Made by a program: the position numbers and the translations under genes. A stretch of 62,383 bases of DNA, the filler included. It is 3 parts of 3 records of this genome, joined end to end, with 100 filler letters (N's around TTAATTAATTAA, not from the genome) between each part and the next. Parts side by side here need not be neighbours in the genome. Positions count along the whole stretch, not along the records: positions 11,198 to 38,807 come from SRR31156797_16884; positions 38,908 to 62,383 come from SRR31156797_16893; 1 more part is not named here. One strand, given 5' to 3'. The notes below the pieces were generated by a model, which ran no database searches, was not told where the DNA came from, and saw only the letters and a list, made by a program, of their open reading frames with translations. Position 1 is the stretch's first letter; each line of letters starts with the position of its first letter. Shown here piece after piece: positions 29,702 through 39,060 of this stretch.

Positions 29702-30109
29702 TTATTTGTATGCGCTTAAGTTGAAGTAATTCAAGTATTTACTGGTGCTTCTGCCGTATACTTCTACGCTCTTACCTTCCAATTTGTAGGTTGCTTCTTC
29801 GCCTTTGATTCTGGAAAAATGAATCTCGAAAGGAGCACCATCTTTGTCTTCCATAATGATATGTGCTAGCTCCTCCGATTTGTTAGAATTAAGGTTTTTG
29901 TGACAAGCTGGACAGAAAAACTTGAGTTTTTCTCCATGTGCAACATCAAAATTTTCATGGGAATCAACAGCATAGTTGCCTAACTCAGGATGCAGGAGGA
30001 TTAATCCATAATCCCCTTTTTCATTTTCTGCAGCTAATACTATTTGTTTACAAACATTCAAATAAGCATTGCATTTGGGACATCTGAAATTATTCATAAT
30101 AACCTCCAA
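29702..30109 (-). CDS. Small protein with two CxxC motifs (putative double zinc ribbon)
   Basis: FRCPKC and FFCPAC motifs. Confidence 0.7.
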   Translation of the reverse strand: MEVIMNNFRCPKCNAYLNVCKQIVLAAENEKGDYGLILLHPELGNYAVDSHENFDVAHGEKLKFFCPACHKNLNSNKSEELAHIIMEDKDGAPFEIHFSRIKGEEATYKLEGKSVEVYGRSTSKYLNYFNLSAYK

Positions 30110-30235
30110 TTTTTAATTAGACTTTATTCTTTTATACGTAAAATGACCAGAAAAGGTAGGCTTTTAAATGTTTTTTTGAGCAGTGGTGGACTATTTGTAC
30201 TGAAAAATAGAATATGAAATTAAACGAAACCTTCT

Positions 30236-30243
30236 TACCTTTG
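30236..30243 (+). promoter_or_regulatory. Bacteroidota -7 element for tilS
   Basis: TACCTTTG 50 nt upstream of the ATG. Confidence 0.6.
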
Positions 30244-30292
30244 AATCATACAAGGCTTTGGCCTCTGGAAAGCTGGTTAATAATTTTTATTT

Positions 30293-31633
30293 ATGGGATT
30301 AACTGTTAATGTTCAGGGATTTATAAATAAACATCAACTATTTGATGAAAGTAACCATATTATTCTTGGACTCAGTGGTGGAGCTGATAGCATGGCGCTT
30401 GCGCATTTTTTATTAATAAACGGGTACCAATTTACTGCTGCACATTGCAATTTTCATTTAAGAGGACAAGATTCTGATCTGGATCAACAACTTGTGCAGA
30501 AATGGTGTAACGATAATCAGGTTAAATTGAAAATAAAAGATTTCAATACACTTGAATACGCACATCATAATAAAGTTTCAATTGAGATGGCTGCTCGTGA
30601 TTTGAGATATAGTTGGTTTGAAAAGCTAACAAAAGAATTAAATGCTCAAGTAATTGCAGTTGCACATCATGTAAATGATCAAATTGAAACCTTTTTCCTA
30701 AATATGCTCAGAGGTTCTGGCATCCGAGGTTACAAAGGGATGCTTCCAGCTTTTGAAAAGATTGTTCGACCCTTTCTAAATACTCCAAGAGCTGAAATAG
30801 AAGATTATATCAATAAGTACCAAATTCCATATAGAGATGATCATTCGAATAAGGATACAACCATATTGAGGAATGCAATTCGGCATAAAGTTATTCCAGA
30901 GCTTGAGCAAATTAATCAGTCATTCGTTGATACCATGAGTAAAAATATGCAACGTTTGATTGGTGTTTGGTCTTTCCTGAAATTGCATTTTAATGAGATG
31001 GAAGAGAGAATGATTGAGCAGAGCCGAGAAATAACAAAAATTAAATTACCCGATGAGAAACAAAGTCATATCTATCTCGATTTTTTAAATTATTACTTTA
31101 CTCAGCATAACTATTCATTTCCAATGACAGAGGTTGAAGATATTATTGAGGGGCAGGTTGGAAAGTTATTAGCCCATAATGGCTTTGTTTTGACTAAAGA
31201 GCGCGGCTTTCTTTCTATATCAAAATTAGTAGATGCTACGAAGTTTAATTCGAATGTTGACAAAATTCCTTGTAGTATAAAATGGGGTAGATATGAGTTT
31301 TATTTTAAATATGTAAAACCTCAGGGTAAAAACTCTATACCAATTATCCCGGATAAAGTCTGGCTGAAAATTGGAGACAAGGATCTACCTCTCAAACTTC
31401 GAGTATGGGAACCGGGCGATGCAATGAATCCATTTGGTATGACAGGCACAAAAAAAATTAAAAATATGCTTACTGATGCTCAAGTGCCAAGTATACAAAG
31501 AAAGAATTATCCTGTGCTGGCTGTAAAAAATGATATTGCATGGTTACCCGGCATCAGGCCAAGTAGAAAATACATTGTTTCGGGAAATGAAGAACAAGTA
31601 TTGGAAATTAGGGTTTTATATAAGGAAAATTAG
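30293..31633 (+). CDS. tilS: tRNA(Ile)-lysidine synthetase
   Basis: SGGADSMAL PP-loop, HCNFHLRG, EMAARDLRY, AHHVNDQIET, RNAIRH. Confidence 0.96.
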   Translation: MGLTVNVQGFINKHQLFDESNHIILGLSGGADSMALAHFLLINGYQFTAAHCNFHLRGQDSDLDQQLVQKWCNDNQVKLKIKDFNTLEYAHHNKVSIEMAARDLRYSWFEKLTKELNAQVIAVAHHVNDQIETFFLNMLRGSGIRGYKGMLPAFEKIVRPFLNTPRAEIEDYINKYQIPYRDDHSNKDTTILRNAIRHKVIPELEQINQSFVDTMSKNMQRLIGVWSFLKLHFNEMEERMIEQSREITKIKLPDEKQSHIYLDFLNYYFTQHNYSFPMTEVEDIIEGQVGKLLAHNGFVLTKERGFLSISKLVDATKFNSNVDKIPCSIKWGRYEFYFKYVKPQGKNSIPIIPDKVWLKIGDKDLPLKLRVWEPGDAMNPFGMTGTKKIKNMLTDAQVPSIQRKNYPVLAVKNDIAWLPGIRPSRKYIVSGNEEQVLEIRVLYKEN

Positions 31634-31656
31634 AACTAATTAAAAAAAATAAGATT

Positions 31657-32556
31657 ATGAAAAATACTTTGATTGTATCAACAATGCTTTTTGCTTTTTT
31701 GATAATGCTTGCTTCATGTAATCAACCTTCTAAAGAAAATGCTGATGGTAAGGCTAAAGAGCCTGCAAAGGAAATGACAGAATACAAAGCAGAAAAAGTT
31801 TGGTCAACAGAACAGGTTTTTGATGTGCCTGAGTCTGTTTGTTACGATGCAGAAAGAGATATCCTTTATGTGGCAAATATTTCGGGAAAACCATCAGAAA
31901 AAGATGGAAAAGGATTTATTAGTCAAATGAAAACCAATGGAGAGATAGTTGATGTTGAGTGGGTTACAGGTCTTGATGCACCGAAAGGTATGGGTGTATT
32001 AGGCGACAAACTATACGTTACTAATATAGATGAATTAGTAGAAATCAGTATTACTGAAGGTAAAGAAATCGCTCGATACGCATGTGAAGGAGCTACATTT
32101 GCTAATGATATTGCCATTGATAAGTCAGGTGTAGTTTATATAACCGACATGCAAGGCGGAGGTATTTATAAGTTTGATGGTGAGAAGGTATCAATGTTCA
32201 AAGATCAGGGAACTTTCAATAGCCCAAATGGATTGTTTGCTTGCAAAGATTATTTGTACCTTGGTGTTGCTGATCGCGTTTTTAAGATTGATTATGAAAC
32301 TGCTGATACAGCAACTTACATTAAGGGAACTGAATCTGTTGATGGTTTAGAAAAAATATCAGCTACTGCTTTTCTTAAGAGTGATTGGCAGGGGAGAGTT
32401 CATCTAGTGGAACCTGGAAAAGAAAAGATTGAATTGACTAACACTATTGAGCAAAAAGTGAATGCTGCTGATATAGAGTACATTCCTGCTCAGAAACTAA
32501 TGCTAATTCCTACATTTTTCGATAATAGGGTAGTAGCATATAAAATATCACAATAA
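31657..32556 (+). CDS. SMP-30/gluconolactonase-like beta-propeller lipoprotein
   Basis: Lipobox LASC; PES, APKGM, ANDI, PNGL and DGL blade motifs. Confidence 0.8.
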   Translation: MKNTLIVSTMLFAFLIMLASCNQPSKENADGKAKEPAKEMTEYKAEKVWSTEQVFDVPESVCYDAERDILYVANISGKPSEKDGKGFISQMKTNGEIVDVEWVTGLDAPKGMGVLGDKLYVTNIDELVEISITEGKEIARYACEGATFANDIAIDKSGVVYITDMQGGGIYKFDGEKVSMFKDQGTFNSPNGLFACKDYLYLGVADRVFKIDYETADTATYIKGTESVDGLEKISATAFLKSDWQGRVHLVEPGKEKIELTNTIEQKVNAADIEYIPAQKLMLIPTFFDNRVVAYKISQ

Positions 32557-32568
32557 TATTTTTAGTTG

Positions 32569-32602
32569 TAACTACCTGGTATTAAGCAGGTAGTTATTTT
32601 TT
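32569..32602 (+). terminator. Intrinsic terminator
   Basis: TAACTACCTG-8 nt-CAGGTAGTTA then a T-run. Confidence 0.8.
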
Positions 32603-32611
32603 AATTGTTAT

Positions 32612-32657
32612 CAACTAAAGATTTAGTTGTAAAACTAAAATATTAGTTTTATGTTTG
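32612..32657 (+). promoter_or_regulatory. Two palindromic operators (AACTAA-N4-TTAGTT) abutting a -7 element upstream of blaI
   Basis: CAACTAAAGATTTAGTTG (32612-32629), AAAACTAAAATATTAGTTTT (32631-32650), TATGTTTG (32650-32657). Confidence 0.75.
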
Positions 32658-32719
32658 CGTTAGTAAAATATGATGAATGCACGCACGATTTTTGTTGCGA
32701 AATTAATTAAACAATAAAA

Positions 32720-33112
32720 ATGAATGAGTTAACCAAAGCAGAAGAACAGGTAATGCAGGAATTATGGAAGTTGGAGAAAGCTTTCGTAAAAGAGATAATT
32801 GCTGAATTACCAGAACCCAAGCCTGCCTATAATACAATAAGCACTATTGTGCGGATTCTGGAAAGAAAGGGTTTTGTTGCTCATGAAGCTTTTGGAAAAA
32901 CGCACCGTTATTATCCGCTGATTACGAAAAAGACCTATACAAAAGGATTTATGAAAGGTTTTTTGAATAATTATTTCAGTAGTTCAATGAAGAACCTTGT
33001 TTCGTTTTTTGCAAAAGATAAATCGCTCTCACTTTCAGAGATGGAAGAGCTTAAAAGTATGCTAGAAGACGAAATTGCCCTTCAAAAGGCCAATGAAAAA
33101 GATTCAAAATAA
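32720..33112 (+). CDS. BlaI/MecI/CopY family repressor
   Basis: LTKAEEQVMQ.LW, PAYNTISTIVRILERKG, YF..S..NLVSFF. Confidence 0.93.
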   Translation: MNELTKAEEQVMQELWKLEKAFVKEIIAELPEPKPAYNTISTIVRILERKGFVAHEAFGKTHRYYPLITKKTYTKGFMKGFLNNYFSSSMKNLVSFFAKDKSLSLSEMEELKSMLEDEIALQKANEKDSK

Positions 33113-33117
33113 AAGCT

Positions 33118-34455
33118 ATGACAGAAAACTGGATCATTTATTTATTAGAATCAGCCGTAATTCTGATGTTCTTTTGGACAGTTTATTGGCTGTTTCTCAG
33201 GTCTGAGACTTTTTTCAGACTAAATCGGATTTACCTACAATCAACATTAATTCTAGGTTTATTAATTCCCATGTTTGACTGGGTTATTGATATGAAAACG
33301 GCAGATGTGGTGAATGTCTATATTTTAGATACAATTGTTGTATCTGCGCAAGAGGTAGAAATAGGTACAATTGAAATGATTAATAAGTTTCAATGGATAC
33401 CGCTAATTTTGATGGCCGGGACAATTATTGCATTATTGCTCTTTGCTGTAGGGGTTTATAAAATCATTTTGCTTGTTAAACATAGCAAGACAATAAAAGA
33501 GGGAAAATATATATTTGTGTTGAATGATAAATTTACCCGACCATTTTCTTTTCTAAGTTTTATTTTTATTACTCCAGATGTATATAGTAATCAGGAAAAT
33601 ATACATATTATAAATCATGAAAAGGTTCATGTAAAGCAAAGACACTCTCTGGATTTAATATTTTCAGGTTTGGTTGGCGCTTTTCAATGGTTTAACCCTT
33701 TTGCATGGTTGTATAGAGAAGCATTTCGCGAAATTCATGAATATTTGGCTGATGAAGCGGTTTTGCATCAAGGTGAGGATCCAATCTTGTATAAAAAGTC
33801 GCTTATAAATGAGGCCGCCGGTTTTACACCGGGAATTATTAGTTTTTTTAATGTATCATTTACAAAAAGGAGGTTTAAAATGATGTCACGTATCAAATCA
33901 CCGCGTTCAAACGCATTCAAAGTACTGGTTATATTGCCGGTAGCTGCATTAATGGTTGTTGTATTTGCTTGCAGTCCAGATCAGGATGTTGAAAATGAAG
34001 TAACACTAAATCAACCAACATCGCAAACTGAAAATAATACAGTTGTCAATGATGTTGAACAGGAATCTGAAGAAAATATTACAAAGCAATCTGGTGATGA
34101 TCCTGTATTTAGCGTTGTGGAGCAAATGCCTGAATACGAAGGGGGAAGAGATGCTTTAATAGCTGATCTTGTGAAAGGAATTGTTTATCCTGAATCTGCG
34201 AAACAAGCCGGAGTTCAGGCAAAAGTTTTTATTGGATTTGTAATCGATAAAGAGGGTAATATTCAATCACCTGAAATTATTAAAATTGTTTCCGTTAATG
34301 GAGGCGAAATTTCTTTGGACGAATCCATTGAGGAAGATTTTACCAGCGCCGCTATAGAAGCTATTTCAGGACTTAAAAAATGGAAGCCTGGTATGCAGGA
34401 AGGAAAACCTGTAAAAGTTAAATATGCATTACCAATTGCATTCAAACTAAATTAA
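33118..34455 (+). CDS. BlaR1-like M56 metallopeptidase fused to a TonB C-terminal domain
   Basis: TM helices, HEKVH zincin motif, WFNPFAW, HEYLAD; C-terminal VEQMPEY.GG...YP..A...V...FVID..G...WKPG.Q.GKPV.V.Y.LPI.F. Confidence 0.92.
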   Translation: MTENWIIYLLESAVILMFFWTVYWLFLRSETFFRLNRIYLQSTLILGLLIPMFDWVIDMKTADVVNVYILDTIVVSAQEVEIGTIEMINKFQWIPLILMAGTIIALLLFAVGVYKIILLVKHSKTIKEGKYIFVLNDKFTRPFSFLSFIFITPDVYSNQENIHIINHEKVHVKQRHSLDLIFSGLVGAFQWFNPFAWLYREAFREIHEYLADEAVLHQGEDPILYKKSLINEAAGFTPGIISFFNVSFTKRRFKMMSRIKSPRSNAFKVLVILPVAALMVVVFACSPDQDVENEVTLNQPTSQTENNTVVNDVEQESEENITKQSGDDPVFSVVEQMPEYEGGRDALIADLVKGIVYPESAKQAGVQAKVFIGFVIDKEGNIQSPEIIKIVSVNGGEISLDESIEEDFTSAAIEAISGLKKWKPGMQEGKPVKVKYALPIAFKLN

Positions 34456-34462
34456 ATTTCTA

Positions 34463-35752
34463 ATGCGTGCATTCATCATCATTTTACTATTTTTCACGTA
34501 TTCATCATTTTCGCAAAATGTAAAACTTTACGATAGTCTTTTATCAAATTACAAATATTCAGAACTGTTTGAGAAAGCATTTGAAAAGGTTAGCATAGAT
34601 TCTTCGGATATTCTTTCATTAACATATTTAGCGCGGGCGGCTGAAAAGCAATATCTTGAAAATATTGCATTGGAAACCTGGCAAGCGGTTGTGGCTTTAG
34701 AACCTGATCATTATGAAGGATTGGCCGGTTGTAAGCGCATTTTAGTTAAGAAAGATCAATTTGAAACAGCATTACCATTTCTTCATAAGATGAACCGATT
34801 GAATCCTCGACAATTAAGAAATTATTGGGATTTAGCCTGGTGTAATTATAAGTTGGAAAAATATGAAGAAGCCATAAATTGGTGTGACACTTCTTTAGCC
34901 ACATACCATCCCAATGCCATGGTTTCAGACTTAAAGGCTCATAGTTATATTGGGTTAAAAGATACAGCATCAGCACTAGCCATTTGGTACGATTTAACTA
35001 AAAACTATTATGCCGATCAATATGCAAGGCAATTGGTTTTTAATGCTGCTGAAACAGAATGGACAGATACTGTGCTTAATTTGCTTTCCCAAATGCAAGA
35101 ATATGATACGTTAAATGCTTATTTGCCTAAAATGCATGGTTACTTGTTGTTTCGAAATAAAGATTATGCCGATGCAACCATTGCATTTCGCAAATCAATG
35201 GAATTAGGTGATTCAACTGAGTTCACACGTCGCTTCTGGGGCATGTCTGCCTTTAATTTTGAAGATTATTCGTCTGCATTTCACTTACTTAACTCACTAA
35301 AGGATATTAATGAGAATAACTCACTATTTTACATGATGAGTATTGCTCATGCCCGAGTTTACGCTGATACAACTTCTTATAGTCTGCTTCAGGATACATA
35401 TGATAAATTTTTTGATCCACCTTTTGTGGCTGGTATTTTAGATGAAATAAGTGAAACAACTAAATTAATTGCAGATAAATACGATCGCCGGGGTAAAGAT
35501 GAAATAGCTCGAGACTATTACCAAATGTCTGAAAGCTCTTTGTTTATGGCCAGAAAAATTCATTATAAAAATTCCAATAATCTAAGGCTGGCAATGCTCT
35601 ATGATATTTATAAAAAAGACTTGCATAAAGCATTAAAGTACTACAAGCAATATGTCGAGAATCATGTGGATACATCAAATCGAAATTTTAAATTCTCTAA
35701 AATGAGAGTGAAATTGATAAAAGAAGAACTTCATTTTAATGATGATTTGTAG
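34463..35752 (+). CDS. Secreted TPR-repeat protein
   Basis: Signal peptide ending SFSQ; degenerate TPR helices; 7 nt after the M56-TonB gene. Confidence 0.75.
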   Translation: MRAFIIILLFFTYSSFSQNVKLYDSLLSNYKYSELFEKAFEKVSIDSSDILSLTYLARAAEKQYLENIALETWQAVVALEPDHYEGLAGCKRILVKKDQFETALPFLHKMNRLNPRQLRNYWDLAWCNYKLEKYEEAINWCDTSLATYHPNAMVSDLKAHSYIGLKDTASALAIWYDLTKNYYADQYARQLVFNAAETEWTDTVLNLLSQMQEYDTLNAYLPKMHGYLLFRNKDYADATIAFRKSMELGDSTEFTRRFWGMSAFNFEDYSSAFHLLNSLKDINENNSLFYMMSIAHARVYADTTSYSLLQDTYDKFFDPPFVAGILDEISETTKLIADKYDRRGKDEIARDYYQMSESSLFMARKIHYKNSNNLRLAMLYDIYKKDLHKALKYYKQYVENHVDTSNRNFKFSKMRVKLIKEELHFNDDL

Positions 35753-35856
35753 GTAAAATTACCCTTTCTTTTTCTTAACAATTGGGGGGGTCAAATTCTG
35801 AGTAACATATCCTGCATAATTTTCGTATATTGCAATCTACCTATACAACTAGCCTG

Positions 35857-38364
35857 ATGTTAAAATTTATATGTGTTATAATGTTTGCTATAATCATACT
35901 GAATGGTTATGGTCAGGAATCAAGGAAAGATAGTATCGTAAATGCACTAGAAAATTATACAGAAAGAGATACAAATCGTGTAACTCTTCTTAGAGATTAT
36001 TCAATTGAATTAATTCAGGATACGATTCCAGAGCAATTATTGACAGTGGCAAATGAGGTATTATCAATTTCTAAAGAGCTAAAATATCCCGAAGGAATTG
36101 TATATGGAAATTTAATTCTCGCGAGGTATTACGAAAAAATAGGTAATCACAAAAAAACAAAAGATCAATATTTTTATACAATTAATAATTCTAAAGCATA
36201 TAGAAGTAGCTTAAGATATCCAATTTATCAAAATTTTGGACATTATTTTTATCGCTATAATCAATACGATAGTTCATTTTTTTATTATACAAAAGCATTT
36301 GAAATAATACCAACACATTTGGTTGATGAGACATTTCAATTGTTGTCAAATATTACAATATCTTCTTTCTATTCTTCTCAATTTGATACTACTATTTATT
36401 ATTCAAGAATTGCTCTGGATCATATTAAGAAAAATGAAATAAAAAATGGGGCAAGAGCTGCAGCTAATATTATTGCTTCAGCTTTCAAACGTAAAGGAGA
36501 TATTGATTCCGCGTTACATTATTTTAATATGGTTGTCGGATTTGCAGAAGAGGAAGAAGATAAATTTGCAGAAATGCAGGTTTATAATAATATGGCCAAT
36601 ATCTATGGCGATCAAGGAGACTATCCAAAAGCACTTGATTATTATTTACTGACCTTAAAGACCGCAGAAGATATTGATTCTGAGCTAGGTATGTTGGTTA
36701 CTTATAATAATATTGCAATTGTCTATTATACACTAAAAGAATACAAAGAGGCCTTAAACTATTTGCATAAAAGTTTTGAGCTAAGCAAAGACAATGAGAA
36801 TGTTGAGAATATGGTAAATACCATGAATAATATTGGAGAATTGTATTTTAATATTGATAGTATTGATAAATCATACTTTTATTATAAAGAAGCGGGGACA
36901 TTGTTAGAGGAAGCTGGTGAAAAGACATACTATATCTACAATTACAAAGGTAAAGGATTGATATTTGACCGAAAAGGAATGCACGATAGTGCAATTTTAT
37001 ATCTTAATAATGCGCTAAAAATAGCAAGGGAAATTGATTCTAAATTGGATATGGCCACAACAAATGTTGCCATAGCGCAGCATTATCTTCTAACAAATAA
37101 TTTACAAAAGTCACTTTATCATGCTAATCAGGGATTGAATTATGCCCAAGAGATTGGTTTAGTTGAAACAATAAGGGATGCTGCTGATGTTTTACACCAG
37201 GCCAATGCCAAATTGGTAAGACATAGAGATGCTTACAAATATCTCAAGGTTTATACTGAAATGAATGATAGTTTGTTAAACCAGGACAATACCAGAGAGG
37301 TTACACAGCTTGAGATGCAGTATAAGCATGATAAAGAATTGCATGAACGCGAAGCGCAGGAGACTATGCGGGAATTGGAACGTCAAAAAGAAATTACAAA
37401 GCAGAAAGGATTGCGAAATGCTTTTATCGTTGCTTTTATTTTGGTATTGTTGATTATTGTAATTGTAGTCAGAAGTATTAGACAGAAACAAAAAGCTAAT
37501 CAGCTATTAGCTTATCAAAAAGCAGAGATTGAAGAGAAAAATGAAGAGCTACAGCAACTAATGAGCGAAATATCAAGACAAAAAGATGAAATTGAAAGTA
37601 GCCACAACCTGATTAAAGGCAGTATTCGATATGCGGAGCGAATTCAAAATGCACTTTTACCTACTGAAGAAAACCTTTCTGAACTGTTTGTTGATCATTT
37701 CGTTTTTTACAAACCATTAGAAATTGTTAGTGGTGATTTTTATTGGGTTGAAAAAGTGCATGGAAATATTTTGATCGCAGCTGCAGATTGCACTGGGCAT
37801 GGGGTTCCCGGAGCAATGTTGAGTATGTTGGGTATCTCGTATTTAAATGATATTGCCAGACAACCTAATATTGTAGTAGCGAGCCAGGTACTGGAGTTGA
37901 TGCGTAAGCGAATAAAACGATCGTTGCATCAAACCGGTGATGTGCGCGAAGCTCGTGATGGAATGGATTTAGCATTTGCGGCAATTAATATTGAAGAACA
38001 AACACTAGACTATGCTGGAGCCAATAACCCAATTCTTATTTTCCGAAATGGTGAAATGATTGAATTAGAGCCGGATAAACAACCAATTGGAGTGTTTCAA
38101 AAAGAAGAGCCTTTTAAAAACCAGCTAATCAAACTTGAGAAAGATGATGTAATTTATCTCTTTACTGATGGATTTCTAGATCAGTTCAATGGGACTACTA
38201 ATAAAAAATACGGCAGTAAAAAATTCAAAGAATTACTAGGTAAAATTCACAGTCAACCAATGTTAAATCAGAAAAATATTTTGAGACAGGAACTGGATGA
38301 ATGGATGAATGGAACAACTACACAAATCGATGATATATTAGTTGCAGGATTTAGGTGGAAATAA
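35857..38364 (+). CDS. Periplasmic TPR sensor with SpoIIE/PP2C phosphatase (second paralogue)
   Basis: Same architecture as 20247-22835; VSGDFYW, ADCTGHGVPGA, FTDG, DDIL; ATG at 35857 preferred because TATATTG overlaps the TTG start. Confidence 0.92.
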   Translation: MLKFICVIMFAIIILNGYGQESRKDSIVNALENYTERDTNRVTLLRDYSIELIQDTIPEQLLTVANEVLSISKELKYPEGIVYGNLILARYYEKIGNHKKTKDQYFYTINNSKAYRSSLRYPIYQNFGHYFYRYNQYDSSFFYYTKAFEIIPTHLVDETFQLLSNITISSFYSSQFDTTIYYSRIALDHIKKNEIKNGARAAANIIASAFKRKGDIDSALHYFNMVVGFAEEEEDKFAEMQVYNNMANIYGDQGDYPKALDYYLLTLKTAEDIDSELGMLVTYNNIAIVYYTLKEYKEALNYLHKSFELSKDNENVENMVNTMNNIGELYFNIDSIDKSYFYYKEAGTLLEEAGEKTYYIYNYKGKGLIFDRKGMHDSAILYLNNALKIAREIDSKLDMATTNVAIAQHYLLTNNLQKSLYHANQGLNYAQEIGLVETIRDAADVLHQANAKLVRHRDAYKYLKVYTEMNDSLLNQDNTREVTQLEMQYKHDKELHEREAQETMRELERQKEITKQKGLRNAFIVAFILVLLIIVIVVRSIRQKQKANQLLAYQKAEIEEKNEELQQLMSEISRQKDEIESSHNLIKGSIRYAERIQNALLPTEENLSELFVDHFVFYKPLEIVSGDFYWVEKVHGNILIAAADCTGHGVPGAMLSMLGISYLNDIARQPNIVVASQVLELMRKRIKRSLHQTGDVREARDGMDLAFAAINIEEQTLDYAGANNPILIFRNGEMIELEPDKQPIGVFQKEEPFKNQLIKLEKDDVIYLFTDGFLDQFNGTTNKKYGSKKFKELLGKIHSQPMLNQKNILRQELDEWMNGTTTQIDDILVAGFRWK

Positions 38365-38433
38365 TTTAACGAATTATCCTGATTCTTTTTCCTTTAAATA
38401 ACTTTTCAATTTCTAATTTCCGCATTTTTATTG

Positions 38434-38441
38434 TATTTTTG
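38434..38441 (+). promoter_or_regulatory. Bacteroidota -7 element for ffh
   Basis: TATTTTTG about 27 nt before the ATG. Confidence 0.55.
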
Positions 38442-38468
38442 CACTCCAAATTACAAATTTGATTTGCT

Positions 38469-38807
38469 ATGTTTGACAATCTCTCGGAAAGGTTAGAAAG
38501 CTCCTTTAAACTGCTTAAAGGACAAGGAAGAATATCGGAAGTAAATATTGCCGAAACATTAAAAGATGTGCGCCGTGCTTTACTTGATGCCGATGTTAAC
38601 TACAAAATTGCCAAGGATTTTACTGATGAGGTGAAGGAAAAGGCGCTTGGTGCAAACGTATTGAATGCCGTGAAGCCAGGGCAGATGATGGTGAAAATTG
38701 TGCACGATGAGTTAGCAGAATTAATGGGCAGTAAAGCCGAGGAAATCAACTTGAAAGGACAACCAGCGGTGATTTTGATGGCAGGTTTGCAAGGTTCTGG
38801 TAAAACA
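38469..38807 (+). CDS. ffh: Signal recognition particle protein, truncated by the contig end
   Basis: [28 protein letters not shown]. Confidence 0.96.
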
Positions 38808-38907
38808 NNNNNNNNNNNNNNNNNNNNNNNNNNNNNNNNNNNNNNNNNNNNTTAATTAATTAANNNNNNNNNNNNNNNNNNNNNNNNNNNNNNNNNNNNN
38901 NNNNNNN
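38808..38907. other. Artificial contig spacer and organism boundary
   Basis: 100-nt N block with TTAATTAATTAA at 38852-38863; composition and gene families change after it. Confidence 0.98.
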
Positions 38908-38964
38908 AGAAACTTTTTGGAAAAAGTTTCTCTGGACACTTCAAAAACTTTTAATAAGCTTCGC
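38908..38964. repeat. REP-like palindromic element at the contig edge
   Basis: AGAAACTTTTT-GG-AAAAAGTTTCT palindrome, then CTTTTAATAAGCTTCGC shared with the element at 52654-52692. Confidence 0.55.
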
Positions 38965-38993
38965 TGTCTCAACTTCACAAATTTACCAGCCAT

Positions 38994-39031
38994 AAAAAAA
39001 GGAGAAACAGCCCTCAGGTCATTTCTCCTTT
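38994..39031 (-). terminator. Intrinsic terminator after the DRTGG gene
   Basis: AAAGGAGAAA/TTTCTCCTTT stem with a minus-strand T tail. Confidence 0.65.
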
Positions 39032-39060
39032 CAATTTAAATTCTTTTCTAACCGACAAAT

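Noticed and set aside
32720-34455. Beta-lactam resistance regulator
   Set aside because: The sensor ends in a TonB domain rather than a penicillin-binding domain, and no beta-lactamase is nearby.
38469-38855. Short 128-aa ffh suggesting a pseudogene
   Set aside because: The truncation is the contig end and the stop comes from the linker.
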